Below, in pieces: positions 41,009 to 51,394 of a stretch of 64,000 nucleotides of DNA (the stretch's first letter is position 1; the number at the start of each line of letters is the position of its first letter). A program made the translations under genes and the position numbers. The DNA comes from Myxococcota bacterium (GTDB lineage Bacteria > Myxococcota_A > Bradymonadia > UBA7976 > UBA1532), in the NCBI GenBank assembly GCA_036337435.1, contig JAYZEG010000069.1, positions 35,685 to 99,684 on the forward strand. Reading direction: 5' to 3'. The notes beneath the pieces are model-generated. The model was not told the origin of the DNA and ran no database searches. It saw nothing but the letters and a program-made list of their open reading frames with translations.

Positions 41009-41647
41009 ATGAAGAGATTGAAAGACTTGGGACACATCATTCTCGCGGTCGCGCTTGCGACCTCGTCCGTTCTCTTCGGCGTAGGATGCGGTGCAGAAGA
41101 CGAGTTTTCGTCCATCGACGATGTCTTGGTTGTCACAAGCGAACTCGAACCTGCACATAATCTCGAGAATGATGACAATCACAATCCGGCTAAGAATGCG
41201 ACCCTTACTGACCCGCTTGATAAATCGGGTGACTTTACACTTCTGTCCGGACGCCGGCTTGCCACGTTGTCCAAGCATGTCGACGATCCAAGACAAGTTC
41301 GGGAAACGGGTTTTATGCCGCTCGACGAGGATGATGATGATCCGAGATTCGTGCGGGAGACTGGCTTTGTGCCTTCGCCAAGAATTCGCCTTGCGGGTAT
41401 GCGAGGCCAAATTGCGACTGTTGAATGGGCGGCCGTTGATGATGCTGACCATTATCTGGTCAATGGCATTCGGTTCAGCGATCACGGCGGTCCTGCAGAA
41501 AGCTTCGAGTACCGAGTGGACGCAACGTTTACTCGAGTAAACACAGAAGGGCGGGTCACTCAGGTCATGGTGGTTGCCGTTGCCGCGCCCGAAAATCGTC
41601 GTTCACGCCCCTCAAACAAATTGACGATTATCCCTCACGAAGATTGA
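41009..41647 (+). CDS. Lipoprotein with duplicated DDPRxVRETGFxP motif and FN3-like C-terminal domain
   Basis: GGAGG RBS, lipobox FGVGC, two 13-aa repeats, and V.W..V..A..Y.V...V.AV......S.PS pattern. Confidence 0.65.
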   Translation: MKRLKDLGHIILAVALATSSVLFGVGCGAEDEFSSIDDVLVVTSELEPAHNLENDDNHNPAKNATLTDPLDKSGDFTLLSGRRLATLSKHVDDPRQVRETGFMPLDEDDDDPRFVRETGFVPSPRIRLAGMRGQIATVEWAAVDDADHYLVNGIRFSDHGGPAESFEYRVDATFTRVNTEGRVTQVMVVAVAAPENRRSRPSNKLTIIPHED

Positions 41648-41733
41648 TTGAAGCACCCACTTATTTTCGACAAGTGGTGTAGTCAGCCATTTCAGGTTAG
41701 CCTCTCGGTAGTCTAAATCCGGAGGCGCGCGGC

Positions 41734-42942
41734 GTGTCATCGCAAGAACAGATACTCGAGACCAACCTTGCGAATAGTCAAAAGCAAGTTGAGCAACTAT
41801 CGCAGGAAGTCCTGGAACTCTACAGACAGGTCAATCTTTTATACCGGCTCGGTGACGTCTTTAGTGCGGGCCTGCAGACCGAGGACGTTTGTGGCGTACT
41901 CATGATCGAGAGTACAAAAGTCGTTCGAGCGCGCTCTGCTTTTGTTCGTTTATCAGATGGTCGCACCTTTGGCCGGCTGTCCACAAACCCTGCATCCAAG
42001 TTGAGTGTTGGCATCGAGACGCCGATGGGGCGTATGGGAGAGATTACACTTTTTGATAAAAAACGGGGGTTCTTTACTGCGGCCGATGAGAAACTGATTA
42101 GAGCCGTCGCTCGACAGGCGGGCGTTGCTCTAGAGAACAGCCGGCGTATTGAAGGACTGATCGAGCAAAACGAAGCTCTTGAGACCTTGAACGACGAGCT
42201 TCGTGCACTCGACCAGATGAAAAGCGACTTCGTGGGTAATGTGAGTCATGAATTGCGGACGCCGCTCGCCAGCATTAAGGGATTCGCAGCGACCATGCTC
42301 GCCGACCAGGACATGCCCCGTGAAGTTGCCAATGAATTTGTCGGAATTATCAATGACGAGTCAGACAAATTGATCGCGATCATAAACGACTTACTCGATG
42401 TTTCCAAAATGATGTCTGGGCATATGGATTACCGACTTGCAAAGCAATCACTCACGGAGATCCTGCAGCAAGTTACGGCACTGTTGAAGATTCAGGCCAG
42501 AGGCAAAAATGTGGACCTCGACTTAGATATCCAGTCGGACATGGATGTGCGAATCGATCCAACTCGGATGCATCAGGTGTTCATTAACCTCGTTGGGAAT
42601 GCCATCAAGTTTACGGATGCAGGGTCGGTCAAGATTACGCAATGGACAGATGACGACGGCCTGCATGTGTCCATTGCCGATACGGGCATTGGAATTCCGG
42701 CCGACTTACTCCCCAACATCTTCGATAAATTTTATCGGGTCGAAAACATAGTCCATACCAAAGAAGGCACCGGACTTGGCCTGGCCTTGGTCCGTGGTAT
42801 CGTTGATTATCATGGGGGGACTGTTGACGTCGAAAGTATCCATGGGGAAGGAACAACTTTTACTGTGCACTTGCCACCGCCCAGGGCGATAGACCATGAT
42901 TCAAGTATCGATGTTGATTCCAAGACTGCGAGACCAGAATGA
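41734..42942 (+). CDS. Cytoplasmic sensor histidine kinase with short GAF-like domain
   Basis: F...DE......A.QAGVALEN; H-box VSHELRTPL; N, G1, F and G2 boxes (NAIKFT, DTGIGI, FDKFYR, GTGLGL); no TM segment. Confidence 0.92.
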   Translation: MSSQEQILETNLANSQKQVEQLSQEVLELYRQVNLLYRLGDVFSAGLQTEDVCGVLMIESTKVVRARSAFVRLSDGRTFGRLSTNPASKLSVGIETPMGRMGEITLFDKKRGFFTAADEKLIRAVARQAGVALENSRRIEGLIEQNEALETLNDELRALDQMKSDFVGNVSHELRTPLASIKGFAATMLADQDMPREVANEFVGIINDESDKLIAIINDLLDVSKMMSGHMDYRLAKQSLTEILQQVTALLKIQARGKNVDLDLDIQSDMDVRIDPTRMHQVFINLVGNAIKFTDAGSVKITQWTDDDGLHVSIADTGIGIPADLLPNIFDKFYRVENIVHTKEGTGLGLALVRGIVDYHGGTVDVESIHGEGTTFTVHLPPPRAIDHDSSIDVDSKTARPE

Positions 42943-43325
42943 GCAAGAATGTCCTGATTGTCGATGACGAAAACTACATCCGGCTTTTGTTGAGGCGAAC
43001 TCTCGAAGATTTTGAGTTTGCCGGCGTTGAAATACGTATGGCGTCGGACGGACAAGCTGGTCTAGATGCTGCACGAGAACGCCGCCCTGACCTGATGTTT
43101 CTTGACCTCATGATGCCGACGATGGATGGACATCAAGTCTGTCTCGAATTGAAGGGAGATCCGCAGTATCGAGATATACCCATCGTGATTTTGACAGCAA
43201 AAGGCCAGCTGCCAACTTTTCCTGAAAATGCACAGCCTGAACATTGTCTTACCAAACCCTTCGATCCTGACCAGATTGTGGAATTGGCTCAATCGATTCT
43301 CGGCATCGATTTAGATCTCGATTAA
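42939..43325 (+). CDS. Single-domain response regulator
   Basis: IVDDE, FLDLMMP, ILTA and KPF; no output domain. Confidence 0.93.
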   Translation: MSKNVLIVDDENYIRLLLRRTLEDFEFAGVEIRMASDGQAGLDAARERRPDLMFLDLMMPTMDGHQVCLELKGDPQYRDIPIVILTAKGQLPTFPENAQPEHCLTKPFDPDQIVELAQSILGIDLDLD

Positions 43326-43332
43326 GTCGTTT

Positions 43333-45246
43333 ATGTCTAGCCAAAACGCACGAACCAGCAGCAAAAAGAACACAGCGTCTCGGCGTCTGGCGCCCAGTCT
43401 CATCGGTCTGACCTTATTGGCACCCATTTTTGCATCCGGTTTGGGTTTCTTTTTGAGCACGCATATCGAATTACCAACTTGGTTGTTGGGATTATTCGTC
43501 GGCACATTAACAGGCGTTCCCATCGCCTTAGTGGCATTTTTAAAAACATCGAGTATTGAAACTCAGCTCGACGAGGTTGAACGCTGGATCGTTCATACAG
43601 CCCAAGACTCAGACGAGCCCATCAAGGGACATGTCGATGAGCAAGGACCCAGTGTTCATCAGGCGATTAAGGCCGTCAGTCATACCCTTGCTTCGGCCAA
43701 AGCTGCGGACTCTGACCAACAATTTTTGCAATCCATACTCGATTCGCTCCCAGACCCACTGGTTGTACTCAACGCCAGCGGCTTAGTGGAATTCTGTAAT
43801 TCACGGTTCAGCGAGCTTCTTCGATTTACGAGTCGCGATGGACCCATTGGCTATGGTTTGACCACCCTTGTTGGCCAAGAAGCACCCGCCTGGTATCGGC
43901 GGATCAAGCGGGATGGCTCTGTCGCCGCCATCGACGTTGAATTGACAACACCCGACAAACGCTCAGTCAAGGTTTTGGCAACCGGTGTGCTGCTGGACGA
44001 GAAGCCCGAGGACAGCCGGGTTCTGCTCTTGGTGCGTGACCCGAGTCAAGTGGAGCAACTGGGTGCCCGGTTAGAAGCGGCTCAGGCCAAAGTCGCCGAG
44101 TCAGAGGCTGTTTTTCAGAATCTTTTCGATGCCATCGAAGATCCCATCACTGTATTGGGTCTAAATGGTGAAATATTGCAGGCGAATCGTGCGGCACGCA
44201 ACATGTTCGGGAAGCGTCTTGTCGGCCAAAAATGTTATCGGGCGTTTCGTATGCGAGATGCTGTCTGCGACGAGTGTCCGGCCAGTTTAACCTATGCCAA
44301 CAAGAGATCGACCGTAGTAGAGCACCGTATTTTCGGTAACGCGATCACCCGAATCAACACATACCCGCTGCTGGGAAAGAATGGTGAAGTCAAGGCGATT
44401 CTTAATCACAAGCGAGACGTAACCAATGAACGTCAACTTGAGGATTTGAAAGCCAGTTTCCTTGCTGCAGTCAGTCATGAGCTTCGGACACCACTGACAT
44501 CGATCATTGGCTTTAACAAACTCAATCGTCGTCGAATGACCCGCCATCTGTCATCGATCCTTGAGGCAGCTCCGCATAAAGCACGAGTCGCATTCCAGCA
44601 AATTCTCGATGACATGGACATTATGGTGTCCGAGGGCGAACGCTTAGGTCGATTGGTCAACGACATCCTTGATCTGAGCAAGCTGGAAGCAGGTCGCATG
44701 CAGCTTCATATGGCCGATGTTGACATCGTTAAGGTGATTAACGGGTCAGTGGCTGCAACCTCCGCTCTTTGGCGGGCCAAAGAGCTTCACATGGATTGTG
44801 AATTTGATTTCGAAGTCCCGCCGATTTGGGGTGATGCTGACCGCTTGGCTCAGGTTGTGGTGAATCTCCTCAGCAACGCCACGAAGTTTACGGCTGAGGG
44901 CACGATACGCGTTGGTGTCGACATCGATGAGTTCGCAGTCACCGTAAGCGTGGCAGACACGGGGCGAGGGATTCCACCAGACCAAGTGAACGGCATTTTT
45001 GAAAAGTTCCGCCAGGTGGATGGTATTTCAGATGGACGACCCTTGGGCACTGGTCTAGGCCTGCCGATTTGTCGCGAATTGATCAACCTGCATGGCGGCC
45101 GTATCTGGGTCGAGAGTACATTGGGCGTTGGAACGACAATTAAGTTCACCGTGATGCGTGCCGATAGGCGTGTTGAGCCGGCAAAAGTTCAAGAACGAAC
45201 AAGCTTTACGGGTGAGTTTGAGATTCCTGCAAAGCCAGATCCTTAG
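43333..45246 (+). CDS. Membrane PAS-PAS sensor histidine kinase
   Basis: Two TM helices, two PAS domains (ILDSLPDPL; LFDAIEDPI), VSHELRTPL, NATKFT, DTGRGI and GTGLGL. Confidence 0.92.
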   Translation: MSSQNARTSSKKNTASRRLAPSLIGLTLLAPIFASGLGFFLSTHIELPTWLLGLFVGTLTGVPIALVAFLKTSSIETQLDEVERWIVHTAQDSDEPIKGHVDEQGPSVHQAIKAVSHTLASAKAADSDQQFLQSILDSLPDPLVVLNASGLVEFCNSRFSELLRFTSRDGPIGYGLTTLVGQEAPAWYRRIKRDGSVAAIDVELTTPDKRSVKVLATGVLLDEKPEDSRVLLLVRDPSQVEQLGARLEAAQAKVAESEAVFQNLFDAIEDPITVLGLNGEILQANRAARNMFGKRLVGQKCYRAFRMRDAVCDECPASLTYANKRSTVVEHRIFGNAITRINTYPLLGKNGEVKAILNHKRDVTNERQLEDLKASFLAAVSHELRTPLTSIIGFNKLNRRRMTRHLSSILEAAPHKARVAFQQILDDMDIMVSEGERLGRLVNDILDLSKLEAGRMQLHMADVDIVKVINGSVAATSALWRAKELHMDCEFDFEVPPIWGDADRLAQVVVNLLSNATKFTAEGTIRVGVDIDEFAVTVSVADTGRGIPPDQVNGIFEKFRQVDGISDGRPLGTGLGLPICRELINLHGGRIWVESTLGVGTTIKFTVMRADRRVEPAKVQERTSFTGEFEIPAKPDP

Positions 45247-45359
45247 GACTGAAATCACGAATGAGCGGTCGCCTCATTCAGGTTTATCTGCTTTGTCATT
45301 GCCCGCGTGTTAAAGGGATCGTAGTCTCAGTGTATTGGGGTGGTTTTCGAGTGTAAGCT

Positions 45360-47219
45360 GTGAGCTTGGATTCAGATTTATCGGGCTCGACATGCGATTT
45401 GTGTTCGGGGGTTCTAGGTTCGCGTTTTTGCTCGAAATGCGGCGTAGACTATCGAATCGTGTCTGTGTCCAGAGAATTAGAGTTGGCCTTAAGAGACTCG
45501 GGACGCCTCCGGCTAGCCGACCTGGTGCTCGATGAACGCGGTCGTCAGATCGGTTATGGCCAATTACAAGATGGCCGCCGGGTGGGTGCCTGCGTCTATG
45601 GTACTCAAGCTGCTTACAACAATGATTTACTTGCCCGGGGTGAGCTGCAGTCGATGACATTAGGTTTGACCCATTCGGAAGACCGGTGTCAGACCCCGTA
45701 TCGTGTGTTTGACCTGTCAGATGCCTGGAGTCTTCAAAGTGTTCTAAGCCGCCTTCGTAGTGATTCGCATAAGGGTGGAATTCACGAGCAATTAAAGCGG
45801 TATGTGTTTCCGTTGTTTGAATTGTTAAGTGATCTGCATGGGCGCGGATTCTTCCTCGGTAATGCGAACCCTGAATGGTTTTACTTCAGCGAAAACCTTG
45901 GATGGCGACTTGGGCCGAAAGCCATTCTTAGACGATTGGGTGATGACGTACGTTCATCTACTTGGGTTGACGTCGCGAAAGGTTTTGCCGCACCCGAAGT
46001 GTATGGTCGTTGCGGCGGTCAGCTCTCTCCTCGGACGGACGTTTATTTTGCCGGGATGGTTCTCTATGCGGTTCTATCGGACGTTGCACCCAGCCCAGGC
46101 ACCGGGCAGCATGCATTGAGGATGCCGCCTGTTCAAGCCTACAAGGACGACGTTCCGCCCATGTTGGGTGCGGTCGCATTGAAGGCGACGTCAGCTCATC
46201 CGGCGAGACGCTACAGCGACATGCAGGCCGCATTAGTTGCGCTACGAAAAGCGAGTGAGAGAGAACTGCGCCGGATGACCTATGGGGCTCGCTCGCTCGA
46301 AGTGGACTATGGCAGCGAAATTCATATTGGCCTTGTCAAGGCCATGTACAGCCCGATCAACCAAGACCAATTTTTTGAAGCCTTTGATGAATTGACTGGA
46401 ACTGGTTTGTTCTTGGTGAGCGACGGTGTGAGCATTTCTAGATACGGCAGCGGTGATTTGGCAAGTCACTGTGTTAAGGAAGCGGCGACGCAACTCTGGA
46501 ACCGAATTCTGGGCCCCGGGCCACAGACTGAGCCTGATGACACCTTAACTTTTGATAGCAGTCATGACCTCAGTGTGAGTCAACAAAAGCCCGGTCGGAC
46601 ACACGCCGAGCGAAAGTCTGTTATCGAAGGGATGTTAAATCAAGCCAACATACGCATCGGGAAGTTGGTCACGCCCATGCTGCCACCTGCAACAGGTCCT
46701 CTCGAGAGCATCATGGCGGCTACCTCTGTGTCCATGTTCCTGGAGCGTAATCAGGCGACCATATCGTACATTGGTGATAGCCGAGCATACTTGGTCCGGG
46801 ACGGGCATATTGCGCTGCTTACCTTAGATCACAACTTGAAGACGCAACTGATGCGAAATGGCCATCCGCCTGCGCGAGCTGTCCAAGCGCAGGGGGCCAA
46901 TGCTCTTGTGAAGTGTGTAGGAGATTTTGAGCGTTCGGAGGATGGCAGCTTAATGGCTGTGCCATTGGAGCCAGAGCACGTAAAACTGACGGTTCTACCA
47001 GGCGATACCGTTGTCTTGTGTTCTGATGGAATTGTCGACTATGCCGGTTTTGATGAGGAAGCGTCAGAGCAGATTATCACCGACATCGTTGAGAGCGCGC
47101 CGACGGCGCGTGTCGCTGCCTTCGAACTCATGGTCGCAGCCAATCGAGGTGGCGGTGGTGATAATATCTCGTGCATTGTTGTTCGTTTCGACGAATTGAG
47201 TTCCATGAGAGTGACTTGA
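45360..47219 (+). CDS. Zn-ribbon + kinase-like domain + PP2C (PPM) phosphatase fusion
   Basis: CDLC...FCSKCG; kinase C-lobe GFAAPE and DVYFAGMVLY; PP2C motifs NQD, VSDG, GDSRAY, DH, CSDG and GGDNIS. Confidence 0.82.
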   Translation: MSLDSDLSGSTCDLCSGVLGSRFCSKCGVDYRIVSVSRELELALRDSGRLRLADLVLDERGRQIGYGQLQDGRRVGACVYGTQAAYNNDLLARGELQSMTLGLTHSEDRCQTPYRVFDLSDAWSLQSVLSRLRSDSHKGGIHEQLKRYVFPLFELLSDLHGRGFFLGNANPEWFYFSENLGWRLGPKAILRRLGDDVRSSTWVDVAKGFAAPEVYGRCGGQLSPRTDVYFAGMVLYAVLSDVAPSPGTGQHALRMPPVQAYKDDVPPMLGAVALKATSAHPARRYSDMQAALVALRKASERELRRMTYGARSLEVDYGSEIHIGLVKAMYSPINQDQFFEAFDELTGTGLFLVSDGVSISRYGSGDLASHCVKEAATQLWNRILGPGPQTEPDDTLTFDSSHDLSVSQQKPGRTHAERKSVIEGMLNQANIRIGKLVTPMLPPATGPLESIMAATSVSMFLERNQATISYIGDSRAYLVRDGHIALLTLDHNLKTQLMRNGHPPARAVQAQGANALVKCVGDFERSEDGSLMAVPLEPEHVKLTVLPGDTVVLCSDGIVDYAGFDEEASEQIITDIVESAPTARVAAFELMVAANRGGGGDNISCIVVRFDELSSMRVT

Positions 47220-48388
47220 TGAGTTTACCAAATAAAGAACCGGTGACTGTTTCGATCAGGCTGGACCCACCCTGGGTTCCAGTTGGGCAAGACTATGTCA
47301 CGGTCAGTTGTTCGACGACAATTCGCCTTGACGATAACCACATGCCACCACTCGAAAGCTGCGTAATCAAATACGTTAATGTAGGGCGATTAGATGCCAG
47401 CCAGGCAGACTCGCTCGGGCAGCTCGGCATCGATGCTGATGCTTATCTTACAGACCCCGCCGTTGGGTCCGATCCGCAGCTCAGTTACGAAGAGAGCATC
47501 TGTGACGCCATGGGCAGATGCGAAGATTGGATGAACGAGAACGACCATGATTCCTGTCACTTCGTACTCTTGATTCACGAACAACGAGCTGAAGATACCC
47601 AGAGGCTCGGCCAACTGATTGATGAAACGTCTCGAAGTCAGAGCCGTTATGACCTTGTGGGGACAACGGCAGGACTGGACTTACGCCTTTTGAGTCAGGC
47701 GGCACTTTTGATGGGCGGTGTTTTTCTTGCACCGGTCAATGGGACGGTGGATTCCGATAGTTTAAAGTCCAGAGCGAAAGCACTGTTTAATCAGCGTGTC
47801 TCACAGCTGTCTGTCAGCTTCCAGTGGGCCGAGGCCGTCCTGCCTGTACATGTCTTCTCATTCGCCCAAATGCCCCAGTTTTTACGCGACTTGGGTGGGG
47901 AACCGACACCATATGCTCATCGTTTCCACTGTGGTCCACTGGCGGAGGATGTGCCGGCAATCAACTTTATATTTCGGTGTCTCGTTCGCAGAAAACACGT
48001 TGGCTCATATTTGTTGGCCACCGTTGATATCAATGCTCGGTCGGGTGGAACAGCCTGGAGCAAGAGCCTTGAGATCACCCAACCCGCGAGTGACAAACCA
48101 GCCCTATGCGAAAGAGCAGACCCATCGTTGGGATTGGTTGTCGATCGGCTCCGTCCCACGTTGTGGTGGGAGGAAATCTGTCATGCATTCACTCGCGAAG
48201 ATGGGAATCACATCGTGCGCACATTCGAAAAACTGATCTCCCATGAGTTCGAGCACGGTCGCGTCGAGGCTGTTGATGCGTTGAGTAAAATGCGGATGGA
48301 GTTCATTCGAGGCGGCTATTTCGGACTCGACGCGCTCGGTGATTTATGGGGCTATACTCACCGTGCGTCTTCGGATTTAGAGCTCTGA
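47219..48388 (+). CDS. Hypothetical protein, degenerate vWA-like (MIDAS lost)
   Basis: TGATG coupling with the PP2C gene. FVLLIHE, LVG...GLDLRLL...A...GG.F and following beta-strands align by eye with vWA/YfbK-like proteins; no DxSxS. Confidence 0.5.
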   Translation: MSLPNKEPVTVSIRLDPPWVPVGQDYVTVSCSTTIRLDDNHMPPLESCVIKYVNVGRLDASQADSLGQLGIDADAYLTDPAVGSDPQLSYEESICDAMGRCEDWMNENDHDSCHFVLLIHEQRAEDTQRLGQLIDETSRSQSRYDLVGTTAGLDLRLLSQAALLMGGVFLAPVNGTVDSDSLKSRAKALFNQRVSQLSVSFQWAEAVLPVHVFSFAQMPQFLRDLGGEPTPYAHRFHCGPLAEDVPAINFIFRCLVRRKHVGSYLLATVDINARSGGTAWSKSLEITQPASDKPALCERADPSLGLVVDRLRPTLWWEEICHAFTREDGNHIVRTFEKLISHEFEHGRVEAVDALSKMRMEFIRGGYFGLDALGDLWGYTHRASSDLEL

Positions 48389-48418
48389 GGGACGGTGCTT
48401 GGCCCTGCCGCAGACCGT

Positions 48419-50140
48419 TTATTTCTTCTCAGGACTGGCCGGAGCGGGGGGGGGCGGCGCACTCGGCTTTGTGCGAGTCGCGAAGACTGAATCATTAACC
48501 TTAATGTTCGAGCCCTTTCGAAGGTCCGCTAAGAGTGCCCCGCGCTTAGCCTGTTGACGACGTCCATTCAATCCGAAGAGAACCTGGTTCCAATCGCCGA
48601 AGAGTTCGTATGCACGCTTCGCCATGAGGTTTGCCTTAAGGTCTGCCTTCTCTTTTTCAAAGTCATCGTTCTTGGGGTCAATTCGTTCTTTTAACTTAAC
48701 GATGAAAAATTGTCCTTCCGCCTCAATTACAGCAGGGTGCAGTGGATTTTCCATCGAAAGCTTGGGCAGTGCTGACGCGAGTAACTCGCTTTTCCCAATC
48801 CCTGGTATGTCGGACCACTCACCGCGATTTTCTTTAATCATCCCCGTTGTTTGGACATCATTCTTCGGTGCTGAGGTCTGTGGGGTAGCTGCCGCCGTAT
48901 CCGTGTTCGTCGGGTCTTCAGGCTTTGCTTGAGGTGCTTGGGCGACGCTCAAGCTGCCCGTCTTTTTGGCCGAGGCCAATCTCTCAGCAGCTTGCTTTTT
49001 CGCACTCTCGGCAGCTGCCGCATTGACGATCAGCGTTTTAGCGATTTCATCGGTCACACTCTCGAGTTTCCGGTCGAGTGCTGGCTTGATATCGGTCGCT
49101 TTAACAAAATAGAACCACCCTGACTCTTCTTGTATGTCTGAAATTTGACCCTTTTCTAGGGTCTCGAAAACCTTGTAGCCCGGCCTTTTGGATGTTTGCC
49201 AGCCCATGTCGCCACCGTCACCGCGAGTCTTAAACCAACCTTCAGACGATTCCTTTGCGATAGCCCCGAAGTCCGCGCCCTCCGCTTTTGCTTTTGCGAG
49301 CAATTCCGTTGCCTTGGCCTTTGCCTTTTCGATTCCAGCTTTGTCAGCTTTGTCCTTTGGCTTTCTGATTAAAACGCGGCTTACCTTAACTTCCTTGTCT
49401 CGTTTGTATTCGAGGATGTTTTTCTCGTAGTAGCCCTTTATGGCGTCATTTTTATCTTTCTTGAACGCTGCAATTTCATCGGCACTTGGCGTCTCGATGT
49501 TCGCTTTGTGCGCTTCTGGTGAAAAGTTAACATATTCTAAATTCCAAGACCGGCTTTTGCGGTCAAATTCCTGTTTGATTTCTGCATCGCTCACCTTGAC
49601 AGCTGAGACGAGAAAGTCGAGGTAACGTCTGATCGTCAACTCTCGTTTTTTCGCATGACGATAGACCTCTGGTGAGACACCGAGGGAGCCGGTTAGGATG
49701 GCTCGGAAGTCTTTCACAGCGATCCGTCCCTTCCGGTCACGAAACAACCATCGGTCGGGGACATTACGCTCGGAGACAATGTATTTCGTGATGTCGTCTT
49801 CGCTGACAGAGATCCCCATTTTTCTCGCTTGCTGCGCTAGGATTGTTTGTTCGATGAGTTGCTGTGTCGCGCTGCGACTCAGTTGTGCGATCGCGCTTGG
49901 TTCATCCGGAAATGCTTCGTTGAATTGCTTTTCGCGATAGACCGACAGATTCACGTCACGAACACTAATGTCTTCGCCGTTGACTGTTGCAGCCCAACCG
50001 CTCATTGCCCTCGGTGTTGGTGCATTCGGCTGACATCCGTCAGCTTGTGGGCCAAAGAAAAAGATGAAAACGAAAATCAAGATCCCGAAGAGGATGTACA
50101 CCAAGAAGTTTTGGGATTTTTCACGTAAGTCTGTCAGCAT
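48419..50140 (-). CDS. SurA N-terminal/PpiD-like parvulin chaperone
   Basis: MLT.LR...ILFGILIFVFIFFFG anchor, A.VNG..I, parvulin F..IAK..S...GGDMGW; divergent from mreB. Confidence 0.85.
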   Translation of the reverse strand: MLTDLREKSQNFLVYILFGILIFVFIFFFGPQADGCQPNAPTPRAMSGWAATVNGEDISVRDVNLSVYREKQFNEAFPDEPSAIAQLSRSATQQLIEQTILAQQARKMGISVSEDDITKYIVSERNVPDRWLFRDRKGRIAVKDFRAILTGSLGVSPEVYRHAKKRELTIRRYLDFLVSAVKVSDAEIKQEFDRKSRSWNLEYVNFSPEAHKANIETPSADEIAAFKKDKNDAIKGYYEKNILEYKRDKEVKVSRVLIRKPKDKADKAGIEKAKAKATELLAKAKAEGADFGAIAKESSEGWFKTRGDGGDMGWQTSKRPGYKVFETLEKGQISDIQEESGWFYFVKATDIKPALDRKLESVTDEIAKTLIVNAAAAESAKKQAAERLASAKKTGSLSVAQAPQAKPEDPTNTDTAAATPQTSAPKNDVQTTGMIKENRGEWSDIPGIGKSELLASALPKLSMENPLHPAVIEAEGQFFIVKLKERIDPKNDDFEKEKADLKANLMAKRAYELFGDWNQVLFGLNGRRQQAKRGALLADLRKGSNIKVNDSVFATRTKPSAPPPPAPASPEKK

Positions 50141-50338
50141 TGTCTCGTCGCCTGTTTGCTATACCTCAGTTTTCGCCTAACTCACTGAAAAATGCCTTCA
50201 GTCAGATGACGATTTGGACGCGGCATCCTAGGTGACAAGTGGCCGTTGGTCAACCCGATCAATTTTTTACTGCGATTGTTTTGCCTTTCATATTGCTGTT
50301 CCGATCCTCCTCTGCTATACAACCGCGGTCTTTTCTGA

Positions 50339-51393
<1,055 letters not shown>

Positions 51394-51394
<1 letters not shown>

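Noticed and set aside
41009..41647. RiPP precursor because of the repeated core-like motif
   Set aside because: It has a lipobox and a folded C-terminal domain, and no modifying enzymes are nearby.
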